NCBI GenBank assembly: GCA_004376895.1
Contig: SOIH01000087.1
Span: 1-62,250, forward strand
From: Anaerolineales bacterium
GTDB taxonomy: Bacteria; Chloroflexota; Anaerolineae; Anaerolineales; E44-bin32
Reading direction: 5' to 3'
DNA: 62,250 nt
Both the position numbers and the translations under genes were made by a program. Numbering within the stretch: the stretch's first letter is position 1; each line of letters opens with the position of its first letter. Positions 58,778 to 62,250 of this stretch are shown here, in pieces. Under the pieces are notes generated by a model. It ran no database searches. It had not been told where the DNA came from and saw only the letters and a list, made by a program, of their open reading frames with translations.

Positions 58778-59055
58778 AGTATATAACAATTCACCCCACC
58801 GATGCAAGCAAAATGGGAACAGATCTCTGTCAGTACTTTTGTCCTATATCTATGCGAAATCCTGAGTTTCGATGCACCAGTTTGGGAAAGGGGTCTTCAG
58901 GCCTGCTGGCTTCGATTTCCGAAGGCGGACACCGGTCCAGCCCTCACTACTAACAATTTACACCTTCATAGCTTTAGTTCGTTTGCACCCTCTGAAATGG
59001 CATTTTTTTTAAAGAGGAGAAGTCGATCCCGTACTCAAGCCTTAGGGAAGAAAAA

Positions 59056-59088
59056 AGCACCTCTGAAGCTTGCGCTTCGGAAGTGCTT
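59056..59088 (-). terminator. Terminator of rnpB
   Basis: AAGCAC...GAAGC / GCTTC...GTGCTT hairpin followed by a T-run on the minus strand. Confidence 0.65.
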
Positions 59089-59096
59089 CATGACGA

Positions 59097-59502
59097 TTGG
59101 CTCAACCTATAAGCCGCGTTCTGTCCGATCCTGGTTCGACGAAGCGTCGAAGGCCATCATCGGGGCAATCATCCATCTGGACCCAACGTCACCGTGGGGT
59201 TCAAGCAGCCTACCCGAGGCTCAAGAGGAACGAGCAGCCCCTCGCCCATATAAATGGGCTTTGCCTCTGCTTGGCCTTGCTCCTGGTGGGGGTTACCTGG
59301 CCGCCGACATTGCTGCCGGCGCCGGTGGTCTCTTACACCACCTTTTCACCCTTGCCTCAAAAAGGCTTGCGCCCTGAGGCGGTCGTTTTCTGTGGCCCTG
59401 TCCCCGGGTTGCCCCGACCGGGTGTTACCCGGCACCATGCTTTATAGAGCGCGGACTTTCCTCAAGCGGCGTAACCGCCCGCGATTGCCCGGTTGACCCA
59501 AC
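59097..59502 (-). ncRNA. rnpB: RNase P RNA
   Basis: Minus strand contains GAGGAAAGTCCG (plus CGGACTTTCCTC) and ACAGAACGCGGCTTAT (plus ATAAGCCGCGTTCTGT). P1 ends TTGGGTCAACC/GGTTGAGCCAA pair. Confidence 0.95.
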
Positions 59503-59512
59503 TGTCAGTCTG

Positions 59513-59541
59513 ATCATACTCTTCGCTTTCCACGCCGTCAA
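59513..59541 (-). promoter_or_regulatory. Sigma70 promoter of rnpB
   Basis: TTGACG-N17-TATGAT on the minus strand. Confidence 0.7.
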
Positions 59542-59670
59542 CCTGCTCTTTGGATGCCGAGCGCAACGAGTGCTGTCGTTAACGGAATATTAACAGGGTT
59601 CTTACTTGCTTCCTCTTGAAAGCACTAGGATGCAGTACTATAATGCGGGTTAATTAAAGGAAAGAGAACG

Positions 59671-59961
59671 ATGCCTATCTATACTTATCGATGCGAGAAC
59701 TGTGGCGTTCAGTTTGACCGGCAGCAGCATTTTGATGATCCGGTTCTGAAGAAGTGTCCTGAATGCAGGAAACACACTCTTCGCAAGGTATTCCTGCCGG
59801 TCGGTATCGTTTTTAAAGGATCCGGCTTTTACGCAACAGATCATCGGTCACCCTCCGGGCAGACCTCACGTAAAGACGATTCGAAATCTGAAACCAAATC
59901 CAAAGAAAGCGTCAAGAGTGAAAAGAAGAGCGAGAAGAAGAACACCAAAAACGATGATTGA
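59671..59961 (+). CDS. FmdB family zinc-ribbon protein
   Basis: MPIYTYRCENCG...CPEC...GIVFKGSGFYATD and a low-complexity K/S tail. Confidence 0.9.
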   Translation: MPIYTYRCENCGVQFDRQQHFDDPVLKKCPECRKHTLRKVFLPVGIVFKGSGFYATDHRSPSGQTSRKDDSKSETKSKESVKSEKKSEKKNTKNDD

Positions 59962-59978
59962 CAGCCTGTAATAACCAA

Positions 59979-60008
59979 GAGAGCCATGGGCACATTCCAT
60001 GGCTCTTT
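59979..60008. terminator. Hairpin terminator between convergent genes
   Basis: GAGAGCCATGG-loop-CCATGGCTCTTT. Confidence 0.65.
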
Positions 60009-60037
60009 CTCATTTAATGATCATCCTGATGAATAGG

Positions 60038-60340
60038 CTATAGCTGGAATCCCCCCGTCGCTTTAACAACCTTCGAGCTAAAGTTGGTCACGTAATCAAA
60101 CAGCTTATTTCTCAACTCGGCCCAGTCCCCTGTTGCAAGTGCTTGCTGCATGACCTCATGATTCTCAGCGACGAATCCCGCCAGCATCTGGGGGCCCTCA
60201 CCATAGGTTGTATACCAAGCTTCCGTTGGTTGGACACCTAGCCGCTGCAGACCAGGGACAAATTCGCGAACAAGGAATTCAAAATATTCCTGCTCTCGGC
60301 CAGGGATCATATCCCATGTCATTAATAACTTCAAAGCCAT
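60038..60340 (-). CDS. Hypothetical protein, dimeric alpha+beta barrel-like
   Basis: 100-aa ORF (KLLMTWDMIPGREQEYFEF...EAWYTTYG) with a ferredoxin-like pattern. Co-oriented with the upstream MBL gene. Confidence 0.7.
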   Translation of the reverse strand: MALKLLMTWDMIPGREQEYFEFLVREFVPGLQRLGVQPTEAWYTTYGEGPQMLAGFVAENHEVMQQALATGDWAELRNKLFDYVTNFSSKVVKATGGFQL

Positions 60341-60398
60341 CGACCATCCCTCAGTCTTTCGAAGGGAAACCTAGGAACAATTTACTCAACGAAGATTG

Positions 60399-61040
60399 TT
60401 AACTCGGCGGCTTTAGCACGACCACCTGAGTCTCTTCCGTCAATGAACTCTTCGTAATGCTCAAGGAAGGAAGTGGGTCTTGATCGCTGATCCCCATCTC
60501 TTTTAAGAACCCCTCAACTGTGCTGAGCTCTGGACCATTCTCCTCGGTTCTGTAATGCATTGGAATCACAATGGATGGTTCGATCAAACTGATCACCTCG
60601 GCTGCCATAGAGGGATTGAGCGCCCCGCCTCCACCCACGGGAACCAGCGCAATATTAACAGCTCCTAACTCTTCGACTTGAGCCTGAGATGGCACAGTCG
60701 CCATGTTTCCAAGATGGGCAATGGTGAGACCATCGAAGTTGAAGACATAGTGCGTCTTCTGAACTGCGCCGTTTTCCTTCTCTTTCTTCGACACTCTGCG
60801 AACACCCGTGACAAATACTCCGCCAATCTCAAATTCGCCGGGACCATCAATTACCCTTCGCCCCACTTTAACAGCCTTGACGAAATTGTGTCCAGGCGCG
60901 TCATGGCTGATCGTCACGACGTCTGCCTTGAGGTTGCGCTTCGGAAGCCCGATTGCAGGGTCATACGGGTCTGTTACGATGCTGATTTTGCCGCGCTCCG
61001 TGATCCGGAAACACGACAATCCATACCAGGTAATCTCCAT
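60399..61040 (-). CDS. MBL-fold metallo-hydrolase (lactamase_B_3-like) with degenerate metal motif
   Basis: MEITWYGLSCF, TDPY, TISHDAPGHN, AHLGN, VPVGG and IPMHY. The HxHxDH motif is reduced. Confidence 0.85.
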   Translation of the reverse strand: MEITWYGLSCFRITERGKISIVTDPYDPAIGLPKRNLKADVVTISHDAPGHNFVKAVKVGRRVIDGPGEFEIGGVFVTGVRRVSKKEKENGAVQKTHYVFNFDGLTIAHLGNMATVPSQAQVEELGAVNIALVPVGGGGALNPSMAAEVISLIEPSIVIPMHYRTEENGPELSTVEGFLKEMGISDQDPLPSLSITKSSLTEETQVVVLKPPS

Positions 61041-61111
61041 TCCACCTCCCCAGCAATAGTTGAGGGATTATACACGATTGCCTGAGTGCAGATCAAAATC
61101 TATAATCGCCA

Positions 61112-61888
61112 GTGATGAAAGATCTACCCCGTTGGGAACCGGTTGAGATTGGAGGCGGTCGAGTCCGCAGTCTGAACGCGGATCATGTGCTCTTTACGCT
61201 GCCAGCCCGCAGCGGAGGTTACTCGGACGCGCAAATTGATGATTACCGGCGTCTCTCTCGCCACAGCTTCCCCTGGATCCCGCCGATCCAAATGCGCCTC
61301 GAGGCTCGCGCCTCTGCTCCCCACCCTCAAGGGACGCTTGGTTTCGGATTCTGGAACGACCCCTTCAGCCTGTCGCTTGGTCAAGGAGGCGCGGCGCGAC
61401 GGCTGCCATCTTCTCCGCAAGCCATCTGGTTTTTCTACGGCTCACCCCCCCATGACCTCGCATTGGTTCCGGGCGTGCCCAGTTCTGGATGGAAAGCAGC
61501 TGTTTTACGAACCCCGCGATTACCATCGCTCGCCTTAGCCCCGCTCGCACTGGGCGCGATAGCCCTTGCGCAAATTCCGGGGCTGAAGCGGCCAGTCATC
61601 CGCACCGCCCTACAATTTGCACAAGCGGAAGAGAGTCTCATTTCAAAATCCCTTGATGAATGGCATCGCTACGAACTTGAATGGCTTGAGAGAGGAGCGC
61701 GCTTCTCGGTAGATGGACAGATGGTTCTGCAAACTACTGTATCGCCCCCTGCCCCATTGGGCTTTGTGGCATGGATCGACAACCAATATGCGGTCGCTTC
61801 CCCCGAAGGCGGGTTTCGTTTTGGCGTCCTTCCTCTTGCCGAAGAACAGTGGCTCGAGATACGGGGTTTGGAGGTGATCGATCTCTAG
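61112..61888 (+). CDS. Hypothetical protein with concanavalin/GH16-like beta-sandwich
   Basis: GTLGFGFWN, WHRYELEW...FSVDG and VAWIDNQY. Preceded directly by TATAAT. Confidence 0.65.
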   Translation: MMKDLPRWEPVEIGGGRVRSLNADHVLFTLPARSGGYSDAQIDDYRRLSRHSFPWIPPIQMRLEARASAPHPQGTLGFGFWNDPFSLSLGQGGAARRLPSSPQAIWFFYGSPPHDLALVPGVPSSGWKAAVLRTPRLPSLALAPLALGAIALAQIPGLKRPVIRTALQFAQAEESLISKSLDEWHRYELEWLERGARFSVDGQMVLQTTVSPPAPLGFVAWIDNQYAVASPEGGFRFGVLPLAEEQWLEIRGLEVIDL

Positions 61889-61968
61889 TTACTCATTGAG
61901 AGCCAAGTCCTTTGATTATTGATTGCAAGCCCCTTGTTTTTTTTACCAATCCTGAACAAGATGGATGA

Positions 61969-62078
61969 TGTCATTCTGAGGAGCAGAGCGACGAAGAATC
62001 TCGTTCTTCACCCGTGATAGCTCCTATTCAGGAACAACGAGATTTTTCGCCTCCGCTGCGCTTTTGCTCAGAATGACA
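61969..62078. repeat. GTC-tagged REP-like palindromic element
   Basis: TGTCATTCTGAG...CGAAGAATCTCGTT / AACGAGATTTTTCG...CTCAGAATGACA. Same family as 36691-36786. Confidence 0.8.
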
Positions 62079-62156
62079 ACCCATAATAATCGCCGTGAAA
62101 CAGCAGTATTATGGGAGTCCAGTTCCCAATTTTATATGACAAATGAACATGTTCGC

Positions 62157-62185
62157 TTGACACGCCTTATCGGCGGAAGTACAAT
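62157..62185 (+). promoter_or_regulatory. Near-consensus sigma70 promoter of tRNA-Phe
   Basis: TTGACA-N17-TACAAT. Confidence 0.8.
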
Positions 62186-62195
62186 CCCTGACCGT

Positions 62196-62250
62196 GCCGA
62201 GGTAGCTCAGTTGGTAGAGCACTTGACTGAAAATCAAGGTGTCACCAGTT
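62196..62250 (+). tRNA. tRNA-Phe(GAA), truncated by the window end
   Basis: GCCGAGGTAGCTCAGTTGGTAGAGC and anticodon arm CTTGA-CT GAA AA-TCAAG. Confidence 0.93.

Noticed and set aside
58802-59496. Plus-strand ORFs 58802..59377, 59097..59447 and 59254..59496
   Set aside because: They overlap RNase P RNA antisense and are well-known spurious translations.
1-62250. Alternative genetic code (TGA = Trp/Gly)
   Set aside because: Many conserved genes end at TGA at their expected C-termini (e.g. ybeY, mtaB, murB), and Trp is encoded by TGG.

Overview
A mostly chromosomal core region of a bacterium. The gene style suggests Chloroflexota, probably Anaerolineae; this is an inference, not a search result. 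From left to right it holds: a beta-oxidation cluster (partial FadN-like 3-hydroxyacyl-CoA dehydrogenase, a FadE23/FadE24-like acyl-CoA dehydrogenase pair, an MBL hydrolase and a TetR); tRNA-Arg(CCG) followed by an AT-richer accessory islet (ABC-2 exporter, Tat-lipoprotein multicopper oxidase, rhodanese, MenA/UbiA prenyltransferase, NUDIX); and an acyl-CoA dehydrogenase-etfB-etfA operon. Next come mtaB-yqeY-pgpH-ybeY-dgkA, an orphan GAF/PAS histidine kinase, endonuclease IV, a 4-repeat secreted protein, a deoxynucleoside kinase and a TetR-SDR-MacAB-like export operon. The right part has clusters of GTC-tagged palindromic repeats, nrdR-nrdJ with tandem NrdR boxes, a dcw cluster (mraZ to ftsZ, no murE, three non-canonical inserted genes), RNase P RNA and the start of tRNA-Phe. 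The most striking observation is that the acyl-CoA dehydrogenase upstream of etfB (14528-15736, minus strand) is one 403-codon frame with a single in-frame TGA. That TGA sits at a position often Cys in this family and is followed by a bacterial-SECIS-like hairpin, so the gene is a candidate selenocysteine-containing acyl-CoA dehydrogenase; a nonsense mutation or sequencing error is the alternative. No CRISPR array, integrase or transposase was seen.
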